From NCBI GenBank assembly GCA_030324005.1, contig JARDVH010000132.1, positions 72,328,325 through 72,392,324 of the forward strand: a stretch of 64,000 nt of DNA, given 5' to 3'. Source of the DNA: Negaprion brevirostris (Eukaryota). Of the stretch, positions 25,215 to 38,089 are shown piece after piece (position 1 is the stretch's first letter; the number at the start of each line of letters is the position of its first letter). The notes under the pieces were generated by a model. The model had not been told where the DNA came from and ran no database searches. It saw only the letters and a list, made by a program, of their open reading frames with translations. Position numbers and translations under genes: made by a program.

Positions 25215-25421
25215 CAGGGCCAGAGTTGGTGATGAAGAAGCTTCGCTGATCCTCATTTCTCAGTTTTACTGTGTCAGTGATCTCATTTATATCAGTTATG
25301 TAATATTCACCATCTTCTTCTATTTCTTCCTCATTACTTTCTTCCTCAGGAGTGTAGGCTTCATCAAAGATTTCAGGTGCTGCATCAGTTGTTGGAACCC
25401 CAACAGCAGCTATACTTTCAT
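25215..25421 (-). CDS. VWDE: VWDE exon 12 of 14: acidic low-complexity exon with probable GC donor
   Basis: ttctag|AT GAA AGT ... CCT G|gcaagt; (D)ESIAAVGVPTTDAAPEIFDEAYTPEEESNEEEIEEDGEYYITDINEITDTVKLRNEDQRSFFITNSGP; 207 nt, phase 1 to 1, open in the frame required by exon 11. Supported by frame and splice logic, not by recognised homology. Confidence 0.72.
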
Positions 25422-25706
25422 CTAGAACCGAGGATAATAGAAGGACACATTTTGTGTATGATTTTAACAATGTGGAAGGATTTTACAGCTTTTAAAAATG
25501 AAGCATTGATAAGATCCTGATTTTGTAAAACATAATGATTTTCACTATTTTTAAACATCCGGTTCACAAAGCAGAAGAGGAAAATTATCTTCAGGATTGC
25601 AGCTGAAATACACTTACAAGTGTGTATACAAGTAGCCAAAGGTTCCTTTTCAAAAAAAAATTAAATTGTAAATGGTGAAGAAGATGGCAAGCAAAAACAA
25701 ACATAC

Positions 25707-25850
25707 CTTTCAGTTTGCATTCTTTCCCATCTCCTTCCATTTCTGGTGAGCATAAATCACATCTATAGGAGCCGAATGTATTATAGCAAGACATCGATGG
25801 AATGCATATATTAGCTTCACATTCGTCAACATCATCTTGACAATTGATAC
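25707..25850 (-). CDS. VWDE: VWDE exon 11 of 14: calcium-binding EGF
   Basis: ccctcag|GT ATC AAT ... AAA G|gtatgt; (G)INCQDDVDECEANICIPSMSCYNTFGSYRCDLCSPEMEGDGKECKLK; cbEGF DVDEC and CxNxxGSYxC motifs; 144 nt, phase 1 to 1. Confidence 0.93.
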
Positions 25851-26049
25851 CTGAGGGAAAAAATATTAATAATATAAAACTTACACATTCTAACCCCTAA
25901 AATACAACACTTTGAACATTTAAATATCAGCAATAACTGGTCTGGACTAATCATGGTTGCTTTAAAATAAAACACCAGAAAAAGAGGGAAATGAGAATAC
26001 TAGTCCAAACTGTTTTATGCTTCTGGGTATGTGTTGTAGGAACAGTACT

Positions 26050-27790
26050 GTTAGGAAGGATATTCTTGGCTTTTGACCCAGTGATAATGAAGGAATGGCA
26101 GCGATACAGTTCCAAGTCAGGAGGATGTATAGCTTGGGAGGAAACTTGCAGGGTAATGTCTCATTAATCTGCTGCCCTTGTCCTTCTAGGTGGTAGAGGT
26201 TATGTGTTTGGAAGGTGCCATCGAAGGAGCTTTGGTGAGTTCCTGCAGTGCATCTTGGAGGTAAGAAACACTGTTACCACTGTGATTCAGTGGTAGAGGA
26301 AGTGAATGTTTAAGGTAGTGGCTGGGGTTCCAATCAAACAGGCTGCTTTGTTGGTGGATAATGTCCAGCCTTCTGAATGCTGTTGAAACTGCATTCATCA
26401 ATGCAAGTGTATTCCATCACATGCCTGTCTTGGTCCTTGAAGATGGTGGACATGCCTTGGGGAGTCAGGAGGTGAGTTACTCATCACCAAATTCTCAGTC
26501 TCTGACCTGCTCTTAAAGCCACAGTAGTTACATGGCTAGTCCAATTCAGTTTCTGGTCAATGGTAACTCCTTGGATCTTGATAGCAGAGGATTCCAAGAT
26601 GGTAGCAGCATTGAATGACAAGGAGAGATGGTTAGGTTCTATCTTGCTGGAGATGGTCATTGCCTGTTACTTGTGCGGCGTGATGTTACTTGTCACTTGT
26701 CAGCCCAAGCCTGCACATTGTCCAGGTCTTGCTGCATGTGATCACAGACTGCTTCAGTATCTGAGAAGTCATAAATGTTATTGAACATTGAGCAATCATC
26801 AGTAAACATCGCCATTTCTGACCGTATGCCACTGAAGAAGGAGCTGAAGGTGGCTGGGCCTATGACACTGCCCTCAGAAACCACAGAGTTGCTTCAGGGT
26901 TGAGATCATTGACTTCTAACAACTTTTGTGCTTGGTATGACTCTAACCAGTGGGCTGGTTAGCAGTTTTGCTAACCAGCTACCCATCGGTGATGGTGCTA
27001 CTGAGCCATTCTTGATGAAGGACATTGAAGTCCCCCACCCAGATATACTCTCTGCCCTCAGTGCTCTTCCAACATGGATGATCACTGACTCATCATTTAA
27101 GGAGTGGAGAGGAGGGGGTGGGGGAGAGGCGATAGGTGGTAATCAGATGGAGGTTTCTTGCCCATGTCTGACATGTTGCTGTGAAGGTTTTTCAGGATCC
27201 GGCGTCAATGTTGAGGACTCCAGGTCAACTCCCTCTCCTTGTGTACCAGTGTCACTACCTCAGTGGGTTTGTCCTGTCAGTAGGCTGGATAAAGCAGGAA
27301 TGGTGATGGCAGTGTCCGGAATAGTGTTTATGGTATGATTCTGTAATTATATGTCAGCTGTTGCTAGAATAACTTTGGCACAACTCTCTAAGTTTTGGCA
27401 CAAGCCCTCAGACATTGGTGAGGAGGACTTTGCAGGGTTGACAGGATTGAGTTTGCCATCGTTGTTTACGCTGCCTAGGTTGATGTCAGGTGGTCTGTCC
27501 AGTTTATTCCTTTTTGACTTTGTAGAGGTTTGATAGAACTGAGTAGCTTGCTCGGCCATTTCAGAGTTCACCACACTGCTGTGGGTCTGAAGTCACATGT
27601 AGGCCAGACCATTGGCGATGGCAGATTTCCTTCCCTAAAGGGCATTACTGAACCAGATTGGTCTTAAAAACAATCAACATTAGTTTTGTTGGTCACTATT
27701 AGACTAAATTTTAATTCCAAAATTTATTAATTCAATTCAAATTCCACCAGCTGCCTTTGGATTCATAGTCCAATGACATTACCACTATGT
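26050..27790 (-). mobile_element. Internally deleted LINE (CR1/L2 group) retaining a tRNA-like 5' head
   Basis: Minus-strand RT MFTDDCSMF...MQQDLDNVQAWADK; C-terminal LDIIH..SSL..W; endonuclease start near 27420; 27540-27790 matches the SINEs at 56434-57470. Confidence 0.8.
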
Positions 27791-28236
27791 CACTTGCACT
27801 GCCGCAGCCTCTGCTTCAAGTGCCTTGTTAATGTGTCAATGAACTGGTCTGCTGTGAGCTTGGTCAATGGAAAAATGTAGGAAAGGTCAAGAAAGATGCA
27901 GGAAAGAATATCGTTTTTCATATAGTCTTTTAAGAGAGATCAAATGAAGTAAATGATCACACAACCTATTATTATTAATTTGCAAATGTTTGGCTGGCCT
28001 ATTGATTGACTCTGAAAGCAATATGGGTGATCGAAATTAGGAACTGGTACAGCAGAAAAGCTAGCCAATCTTCTTGCTTTCTCTATATGAAATAAGTAAT
28101 TACCGAAAAATTTATTCAACATGGAAATATGTTGTTTCACAGTTCATTGAAATTTTTTCTCATCAAATACAGTAAATAAAATGAAAACAAGAAATGCAAA
28201 TGTTGGTTTTGTGGTTATAACACTTCATATAAATTA

Positions 28237-28461
<225 letters not shown>

Positions 28462-30859
28462 CTATTCAGAAAATAGAGGGAATATTATATTTCACAAGAT
28501 AAAAATGTGGTGTTGCATGTGGGAGGTCAAGATCACATACAGTTCTCAGGTTATCTGGGTTAGAGGGCAGGATATACTTTAGCCAGAGTGTACAGATGCA
28601 TTTTATATTAATTTTATTATAAATTCCTATGTCCATATTCTTAATGGAAACTGCCTAAATAAAAACTCTAATGTTCCCCATTGTATGTCATGGAGCTGGA
28701 GCATTCTCACAGCTTGTAAAATTTCAAAAGAGGAATAAAAATTTACAACATAAAACATTGACTGGAAATGTATGCAAATGTTATTATTTTAATATTTTGC
28801 CATCAATCTCTGACTGCATTTCAAAAGGAATGATGAGGTGAAAAAGTGAAAAGATGGAAGCAGTTTGAAAAAATGATTTATTTTTCAAGAAATTGATCTG
28901 GTTAGTGATGGTTCCGAGGTGCTTAAACCTACTGACGGCTGCTAACAAAAGCTGATTTTACTCTTATTTTAACCTTAACCTTCTGCTTATTTGAATAACA
29001 TTTAAATTCCAAGACTTGGCTACTGGAGAAACTGCCAGCTGTGCAAATATATAGACAGAAATTCATTTGTCGCACAGGATCAGATTCCTTTGTTTTCTTT
29101 ACCAAGTAACTGTTATTATACAAAACAACCATTTAGGTATGTGTGGAATAATGAAATTGTCACCTGTCAGTGTAGACTTATATCTTCTGAATACTTAAGA
29201 CATTGGGTGTGAGTAGTAAGTGTTTTTTTCAAACATTGTTAATAATTAGTCAGTTGCTGCTGCTTTAAATGTTGTAGAACAATTCAAATCACATTGATAT
29301 AAGAACAGATCTGGCAAAAAAGTTGTTTGGATTCAAAATCAAATTAGGACCAGGTTTGAACATAGAATATGTTCCAGAAACATTAAGACCATTTCCTTCC
29401 TGTGTTTCAATAGTAACTTGTGGTTTGTGTCTCTGGCCATTCTATGATTTCCTCCATCAGCTTTGTAACAACTTGCAGGATTACTTTGTTATCAGAAATA
29501 GACTTTATATTAACGATTGACAAAACTATTATAAAGCAATTGTTAGTGATTGGAATCTGATAATTTCTGTGAACAGGAACAGGACTTAACATGATTAGAT
29601 GTGGTTAAATTGTTCAGATTAATGCAGGTTTAAGCCTTTTTTTTATTTTAGCTGATGTTTACTGCCAACAATCAAATATTTTTATATTCCATGCTTTTTA
29701 AAATGCTGGGAGTGTATTAGATAAACTGCTTGTGGATCGAAACTGTGCTGCATGAGAAATGCATGAACATTCAAATGTAATTAACATCTCTATAAATCTA
29801 GAAAATAATCTGTAAAAACACAAACTGGTTAATATTGTTGTTAAAATAACAAATAAAATAATTTCATATGAACAGGTGAAGATATTGTAACTAATGTGCC
29901 ATGCTGTAATTGATAAACGAGCCCATCTGGCAGTAAAGCAGCCACTTTGCAAAACTTAAATGATTCAATTTATTTCAAGAAATTTGGAATGCTGCAAATT
30001 CCAAATGCTAATTATTAAGAAGCAAAATTTGACTAACTTGTGAAACCATATTCTCTCTATTCGTTTATATTCTTGAACCATGTGCCAACTGCATTCAGGA
30101 AGGCAAGAAACTAACTCTTTGCCAAGCTTTTACCATTCCCTAAAGCTATGAACTGTTCAGGAATAATTCTCCCCTAGTTTTCGCATCACCCAACATTCAT
30201 GTTGCTAAAATAGAGAGTTCAACAGTGTGAGGATTTCAAATTTTAATTGTTAGTGATAGAACTTGTGAATAATTTTATTATTAGTTCTAGTACTCTTCCC
30301 CCTGCTTAAATAGCTCGGGTATCTCATTCTGTTCAACATTTCTGTTAAACTAATGCATTCTTAAAACTAGATTAACTACACCCAAAATGTACATTTTATT
30401 AATATAAACATTGAGTCCCATAGTTAGACCATAATGACTAAAGTTTAAAAAACATGTCATTATTTAATTCAAAGAACACATAGAACAATTTTAGTGAAGT
30501 TTTGTCAAAATATTGATAAAAAATACTTATTGCTACTCCAAAAAAATGTTTGATTGATTGATTTGACTTCAATTCTTCAAAATGAACACATAGCGATATT
30601 ATATTACATAGTGTCAATGTCTACTTTTGCTTCCAAAACAGGGCTTTATTGATGGTTTTTCCTGTTATATTTGATCTTGGAACTGATTCAGAGTGTCAGA
30701 ATTTGGAACATATTCCTTTTCTCAACACTGATAAAACGGCATAAAAATTCATTCCTCCCAGGGAAAGGGCAACTTTTTCACAATGGAAAATGGTAATTTT
30801 TCCTTCCCATAAACAAACACTGCAGCAAGCCTTACACTTCTCTACATAATGTCCATTAC

Positions 30860-31110
30860 CTCTACTGACACATTGGTCCTAGCATTGCAGTCATCTGTTA
30901 CAGTAAAAGTGAACATCTGCGATTCCTTTAAAGAAACCTTCCAGATGAGAAGTCCTGCAGGAGAAAGGCTGGCATCCTTGGGCCCAGTATCTATGTTGAA
31001 AACAACAGCAGATCCTTCTGGGTCTGAAGCCAAAAACTGGTAGACAAAATTTTCACCAGTAAAAGTCTGAAGCCTTCCTTGTGAAGCTTGAAATATTGGT
31101 GGTTGATTAT
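30860..31110 (-). CDS. VWDE: VWDE exon 9 of 14: cadherin/Ig-like beta-sandwich
   Basis: tttacag|AT AAT CAA CCA ... GTA GAG|gtaatg; (N)[33 protein letters not shown]...[18 protein letters not shown]; 251 nt, phase 1 to 0. Confidence 0.94.
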
Positions 31111-32070
31111 CTGTAAAAATAGTTGATCATTTTACTTTATATGGAAACAAATTACAGAACAATCAACAGTTGATACAAGACAGATTTTAACCCTGAGGCA
31201 ATGGAGCTGAAAGGATCACACAGCTGTGAGCGTGGTCCATTTCTAGGGCCAGGTCACATTATTTCTATGTCTTCTTGTTCTCTATGTNNNNNNNNNNNNN
31301 NNNNNNNNNNNNNNNNNNNNNNNNNNNNNNNNNNNNNNNNNNNNNNNNNNNNNNNNNNNNNNNNNNNNNNNNNNNNNNNNNNNNNNNNNNNNNNNNNNNN
31401 NNNNNNNNNNNNNNNNNNNNNNNNNNNNNNNNNNNNNNNNNNNNNNNNNNNNNNNNNNNNNNNNNNNNNNNNNNNNNNNNNNNNNNNNNNNNNNNNNNNN
31501 NNNNNNNNNNNNNNNNNNNNNNNNNNNNNNNNNNNNNNNNNNNNNNNNNNNNNNNNNNNNNNNNNNNNNNNNNNNNNNNNNNNNNNNNNNNNNNNNNNNN
31601 NNNNNNNNNNNNNNNNNNNNNNNNNNNNNNNNNNNNNNNNNNNNNNNNNNNNNNNNNNNNNNNNNNNNNNNNNNNNNNNNNNNNNNNNNNNNNNNNNNNN
31701 NNNNNNNNNNNNNNNNNNNNNNNNNNNNNNNNNNNNNNNNNNNNNNNNNNNNNNNNNNNNNNNNNNNNNNNNNNNNNNNNNNNNNNNNNNNNNNNNNNNN
31801 NNNNNNNNNNNNNNNNNNNNNNNNNNNNNNNNNNNNNNNNNNNNNNNNNNNNNNNNNNNNNNNNNNNNNNNNNNNNNNNNNNNNNNNNNNNNNNNNNNNN
31901 NNNNNNNNNNNNNNNNNNNNNNNNNNNNNNNNNNNNNNNNNNNNNNNNNNNNNNNNNNNNNNNNNNNNNNNNNNNNNNNNNNNNNNNNNNNNNNNNNNNN
32001 NNNNNNNNNNNNNNNNNNNNNNNNNNNNNNNNGCAGAAACTTACACCAAAATCTTGCTGCCATTCACACT

Positions 32071-32250
32071 GGCAGGATTTTTCTATCCTGCTGAATGTGC
32101 ACCCCACTATGGGTTTCTCAGCAGTGAGGGGTACGATCAGTGGGAAACCTCATTGACAATGGCGTGACCATAAGATCCAGCCACCAGCAAGCAGCTCACA
32201 ACATCTCACTGCCGTGAAACACACTGCAGAGAGGGAGAAAAATCCTACCC
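32071..32250. mobile_element. MITE-like element
   Basis: ggcaggatttttct ... agaaaaatcctaccc inverted termini; the true left end may lie in the upstream gap. Confidence 0.5.
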
Positions 32251-33627
32251 TTAGACTACAGCGGTAACTGGGTACAGTGGAGTAGAACAATCATAGCAGG
32301 ATGGAATTAATGCTTCGTATAATATTTACTGNNNNNNNNNNCAGCACTGTTGGCCTTAACAATGGGGATGATTTTCTGACCTCGCTGTGCCTGGTGCAGA
32401 TTGTGTTGATCCTGGAAAATAACGTGTGGGTCTGAACATTAGTTCCATGCCCAGCACTAAATGTTTTGTTATCGTTCCAGCCTCTTTCTATTGAAGCAAA
32501 CTGATCATGCCCAGAAAGGGCACGAAGCAGATTAGTATGAGATTGACTTGATTTCCAACTCATTAGCCAGTTTGGAACGTGACTGTCCCCCCCACTCCCA
32601 GAATGCTCCTAACTCTCTGGCAGGATGTTGCACGGGTGAGAATCAGTACTTGATTCCACTAACAGGGACTAAGCATTATGGCCATGCTGGGGGCTTCAAA
32701 ACTACTGAAACCCTGGGTNNNNNNNNNNNNNNNNNNNNNAGTGCCAACATGGCACAATTGCAGTACCAGGTGTGCCTGAGTGGGGGCTATGACAATGGGG
32801 GGGGCGCGGTTGTTGTGCAGGGATGAAGCATGAAGGGAGGGGGTCATGTCAGGGGTCTGGAAAGGGGACCCATTGGGAGGGCCCCAGTGCCACTGACCCC
32901 CAGTGTCGGAAAGAAATTGGGGGAACATGCTGCCAATTGCAGGGGGGGCTTGACTTTATATGCTTGGAGGGGAAAGGAGGGTGACAGACTCCCTTGTGAA
33001 ACAGCATCTGTGCACACTGCAGCTGAACTCACTGTTCTGTTTAGGCTCCACCTCACAGTACTGACCTGCAACTCACCATTCCCCCAAAAAGTTCAATTGC
33101 AGAGTGGAGTGCACCTGACCGACTGGTGTGGATTGCTCTGGCATTCTCGGTATTATGACATTTAGCTTTTTGGGGGGAGAATCCCAACCATTATTTTTTA
33201 CAGCAAAAGACGGCCCCATGTCTTGCCTTTTCACCAATGAATAAATAATCAAGATGGGATTTTCCTATTACAGTGCTCTGAATGGATGTTGGAAATCCAT
33301 ACAAGGAAATTAAAAACTTCTACTCCCACTATTATATTAAAATTCACGTGATGTTACCATTTTTGTTGATGTTGGAATTCCTCTAATGAGGAGTAAAAAT
33401 AATTTAGTGCATGTTCAGTTTAGGAAATCTGGTTGGCACGGATTAGTTGGGCCAAAGGGCCTGTTTCTCTGCTGTATTTCTCTATGACTCTATAGATTGA
33501 ATTGTTACAGTAAGTAATATTAAATCTGATATCTGGCATCACATAACCATAGTCGAACACTGGTAAATTTAGATTCTGTTATAATATATCTCAATAACCA
33601 GAAATGATGCAACATGAAGTAACTTAC

Positions 33628-33742
33628 TTTCATTAACAGACCACTCAAATTTGGATGTTTCTGGTCTGCACAAAAGGCAAGTGCTCGTTGGATTTGGATC
33701 CCCTGTGCCATAACAGAGCCCATCAATATTGCATGTTTGCTC
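33628..33742 (-). CDS. VWDE: VWDE exon 8 of 14
   Basis: ttttccag|GAG CAA ACA ... GAA A|gtaagt; [38 protein letters not shown]; 115 nt, phase 0 to 1. Confidence 0.94.
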
Positions 33743-35214
33743 CTGGAAAAAACAGTAGTACAATCGAAATGCAAACTTATACAGCATATTCAGATACATA
33801 CCTTAAAGGATGTGGCTAAGATATTTTTGTACAGCGAGCCAATCCGAATAGCCCAAGAGTGACAAATCTACAAAGATGTTGGGTTCAGAAACTGTCTGCC
33901 ATATCTACAAACTGCTTATAAAGTGTCGTGGCTGACAGTTGTGATAAACATAGTGGTCAATTCCTTATGCAAGACATCCAACAATGTGCATACTATTTAC
34001 TCACTTTGGCAAAATATCCCATGACACCTTTACCTAACAAAAATCTATTGACCAGTCAGTCAACTGACATCACCTGCGCAACCTATTTGAGCCACGAGCT
34101 GTGTGTGAAATAAATGTTTACTGAACTCAATCCTAAAATACCTAGCTCTAATTTTTCAGATTATATCCTTGTGTTTTGGGTTCTCTCCCAGAAGGTGTTG
34201 TTTCTTTGTACGCTTGCTATCATCCTTTCACTGGGTCAAAAACCTACGTGCTGATACAATTCTGATAGCCAGGTCATTCAAGATAAAACCCTAATTTTGT
34301 GCATTTTATGAAATCTTAATGACAGGGTTCTACATCATACACCTCCAACTTCAACAACTGCAGTTTCACAGCACAGATGTTTCCTCAGTTAACGACCACC
34401 ACCTTAATAGAATTAAATACTCAATTAATACACAATCAACACTGAGAACTGTGATGCTTGCCTTGCCTGTGTTGATTATATTGATGGCATGATGGGCCAT
34501 GAAGGATATTCAGATTTTTTTTACAATAAAAAAACACTATTGCAAACAATTAAGAATAAATTAACGCAGTGTTGATAATTTTGTTGTAGCATGAATTACA
34601 TTCAATTTGCATATTTTAACAGTGGGATATTTTAATATTTTAAATCTGTACTTGCCACAGTTCCCCTCTGGGTGGTGACCTAAGTTGGTAGTTCTGAATT
34701 ATTCAGAGGTGTTGTCAAAACTTGTTGTCTTTGTACTAAGAGTGCTGAAATTCAACATACATCAAACTGATTGTCTGATCATTCCATTCTGATCTGTACT
34801 CATGATTAAGTGGCGAACCAGGATAGCAAAAGAACATCAGCATCCATTCATCTACATATAGGGCAGAATTCTGCCATTTCACCTGTGGTGGTAGAAGCAG
34901 AAACTCTAGTGGGAGACAAAAAAATCAAAAATGTGCCAGTGTAAAATTATGTCGCAATTCTCCCAGTGGCGGGTTAATGGTGGGTTGGTCTTGCCACTGA
35001 CTGATGGCAGGAATGCCATTTTCATTCATTTGCATCTCATGAATGCTCATTATTACAGTTGCCCATCAGAATTAATAGCCTCAGGTCAAAGTTTGAAAAG
35101 CTGCTCAGTGGAAGGCAGGAATGCAATCTTGGAATGTGAACAGGACACAGCTAAATCAAATCCGCCATCCCAAGAATGAAGGGAAGTCATGGGTTAACAG
35201 CTCAGCCTTCAAAA

Positions 35215-36130
35215 CCATTAATCCAACAAAATCATCTCCAAATTCCGTGGCCTAGAGCTCGGCTCCTCCCTCTGCGACTGGATCCTCGATTCTCTAATCC
35301 ATAGGCTGCAATCAGTAAGAATAAGTAACAACACCTCCTCCATGATTATCCTCAACAGCAGTGCCCTGCAAGGCGAAGTCCTCAGCCCCTTACTATACTC
35401 CTTATATACCTATGACTGTGTGGCCAAATTCCCCTCGAACACCATTTTCAAGTTTGTTGATGACCCCACTGTTGTGTGTCAGATCTCAAATGCCGACAAG
35501 ATGGAGTACAGGAAAGAGATAGAGAATCTAGTGAAATGCTGCAATGACAATAATCTCTCCCTCAATGGCAGTAAAACAAAGGAGATAATAGTCGACTTCT
35601 GGAAGCATAGTGGAGGACATGCCTGATTACAGCAACGGTGAAGAAGTGGAAATGGCCGAAAGCTTGAAGCTTCCCAGTATTCAGATCACCAATGTGTCCT
35701 GGTTTCTCTACCCTGATGCCATAGTTAAGAAAGCTCACCATATCTCTACTTTCTCAGAAGGCTAAGGAAATTTGGCATGTCCACTATGACTCTCATCAAT
35801 GTTTACAGATACACCGTAGAAAGCATTTTTTCTGGTTGTATCATAATTTGGTATGGCTCCTGCTCTGCCCAAGACCGCAAGAAACAACAAAAAGTTAGAA
35901 AAGTAGCCCAATCCATCATGCAAACGAGCCTCCCATCCACTGACTCTGTCAACATTTCCTGCTGCCTTGGAAAAGCAGCCAGCATAATTAAGAACCCCAC
36001 GCATCTCGGACATTCTCTCTTCCACTTACTTAAAAGATACAAAAGTCTGAGGTCACATACAAACCAACTCCAGAGCAGCTTCTTCCCTGCTGCCATCAAA
36101 CTTTTGAATGGACTTACCTTAAATTAAGTT
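35215..36130 (+). mobile_element. Rex1/Babar-type LINE RT and C-terminal fragment
   Basis: ALQGEVLSPLLYSLYTYDC...FKFVDDPTVV; LSLN.SKTKEIIVDF; YRYTVESIFSGCIIIWYG; SFFPAAIKLLN. Confidence 0.88.
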
Positions 36131-36149
36131 GATCAAAGCAAATCAAGGC

Positions 36150-36268
36150 AAATCAAAGAACATGCAAACTCCATGTACACGCATGCACACAACACAGTCA
36201 CTCAAGGGTGGAATTGAACCTGGGTCCCCGGCACTGTGAGGCAGCAGTGCGAACCACTGTGCCACCCT
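36150..36268 (-). mobile_element. V-SINE 5' fragment
   Basis: gaattgaacctgggtccccggcactgtgaggcagcagtgcgaaccactgtgccacc is the reverse complement of the tRNA-like head. Confidence 0.75.
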
Positions 36269-36535
36269 AATAAGTGAACCAGATGGTTTCTTACGTTGAG
36301 AGTTTCATGGTCATTACTGACACTAGTTTTATATTCCAAAGTTATTAACCGAATTTAAATTCCACAGCTGCCATGTTGGGATTAGACCCTTTGTCCCCAG
36401 AGCATTAGCCTGGCCCTCTGGATTACCAATCTAGGGCACTACCATCCTGCAGTGTAAAACTAGATGCATCAATATAATGTTGGCCTGATTAATCCAGTCA
36501 GGAATTCAGGAGAAACCTCTTTCCCCAGAGATTAT

Positions 36536-36736
36536 GGAGAATGTGGAACTCACTCCCACAGAGAGTAGGGAGAATGTGGAACTCACTCCCACAGAGAGTA
36601 GGGAGAATGTGGAACTCACTCCCACAGGGACTGGGGAGAGTGTGGAACTCACTCCCACAGAGAATGGGGAGAATGTGGGACTCGCTCCCACGGGGAGTGG
36701 GGAGAATGTGGGACTCGCTCCCACGGGGAGTGGGGG
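36536..36736 (+). repeat. 33-bp minisatellite, at least 6 copies, running into a gap
   Basis: Unit agaatgtggaactcactcccacagagagtaggg; period visible as 11-aa repeats in the ORF track. Confidence 0.95.
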
Positions 36737-37024
36737 NNNNNNNNNNNNNNNNNNNNNNNNNNNNNNNNNNNNNNNNNNNNNNNNNNNNNNNNNNNNNNNN
36801 NNNNNNNNNNNNNNNNNNNNNNNNNNNNNNNNNNNNACTCTCATCAATCTTCACAGAAGCATCATAGAAAGGGTACGAGGGTAAGATAGTGCAAGGAAAA
36901 ATGCAATCTAAGCTGACAAAGTTTAGCTGCCTCACCTCTGCCACACATCTCCGATTTACACCGTTACACATTTAGCAACCTTTTCAGAAGGAAGGCGAAA
37001 GTGATAATAGATCCAGTGGTCTTG

Positions 37025-37480
37025 GCAATTTTTCTCAGAATCTTCATTTGGTGCAGGAGGCAAAAGAGGGAAAGGTTCCCGCAGGAGGCACTGCATGGGG
37101 GACATGGCCAAGGAAGGCCTGAGCATCAATAGAAGACGGAGGAAATCCAGACAACACAGATAACTTGGCACACCATGGACCTATTGTCCACAAGACTCCT
37201 ACCTACACATTAATGAGCTGCAGTGCAGGGCAATTCTGCGATTGCCCAGTTATACTGTTTGCAACATGTCCAAATGCTCTAAGAAGACATGGATTGCGAG
37301 GCTTCCCCTTGCCAGTGATCATGAAGATGACAGCAGCACTCAATTTATTTGCCTCTGGGTCTTACAAGAGATTAGCTGGGGACCTGTGTGGCATATCTCA
37401 GTCGGCAACACATTGCTGTATTAAGAAGGTGACAATGTCCTTTACAGGAGAGCACATCTTTATGCAGACTTTGCTCTGAA
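37025..37480 (+). mobile_element. PIF/Harbinger (HARBI1-like, DDE_Tnp_4) transposase N-terminal fossil
   Basis: PLPVIMKMTAALNLFASGSYKRLAGDLCGISQSATHCCIKKVT matches the Harbinger transposase HTH region; truncated with no DDE core visible. Confidence 0.85.
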
Positions 37481-38089
37481 CATTGCCAGCTCAGAATTAA
37501 ATGTATTAGCCACGCTTAGAGCCGGCCCAAGTAATCATAATGAGACAAACTAGCAACATGATCGTCATAAGCCATTACAGCANNNNNNNNNNNNNNNNNN
37601 NNNNNNNNNNNNNNNNNNNNNNNNNNNNNNNNNNNNNNNNNNNNNNNNNNNNNNNNNNNNNNNNNNNNNNNNNNNNNNNNNNNNNNNNNNGACGGGGGTG
37701 GGGGGGAGATATGGAGGGTATTGGGGCTAGAACATACAATGGAGTGAAGGCTTGAGGGCCTGACGGTCACAACTACAACTAAAAAGGAGATGGACCTTAT
37801 AGTCTGCTATCCTCACAATTTGTCCACCTCTAATGCTGCCTTGGGCCTACCTCCGGAGGTCACGAGCCCATCTCCTCTGCTTGCCCTGTCTCACCAGAGC
37901 AAAAATATTTAAGCTGGGGCCTCCTTAAATGAGAGGGAATTGCAGAGTTAGAACTTGCCTGATTCAAGCTTCCTCTTCATGAACTCCCCTTCGTGAAAAT
38001 TTGACACCACTTCTATCAGTCTTCATTTGTCCTAAGTGACACTGTTAACTCTTGGAGCCTTTCTTCCTTAATCACAGACCACCAACTTG

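Noticed and set aside
36536-36736. CRISPR-like array or repeat-protein gene
   Set aside because: Units are contiguous with no unique spacers, the context is a vertebrate intron, and frames stay open only because the 33-bp unit lacks stops.
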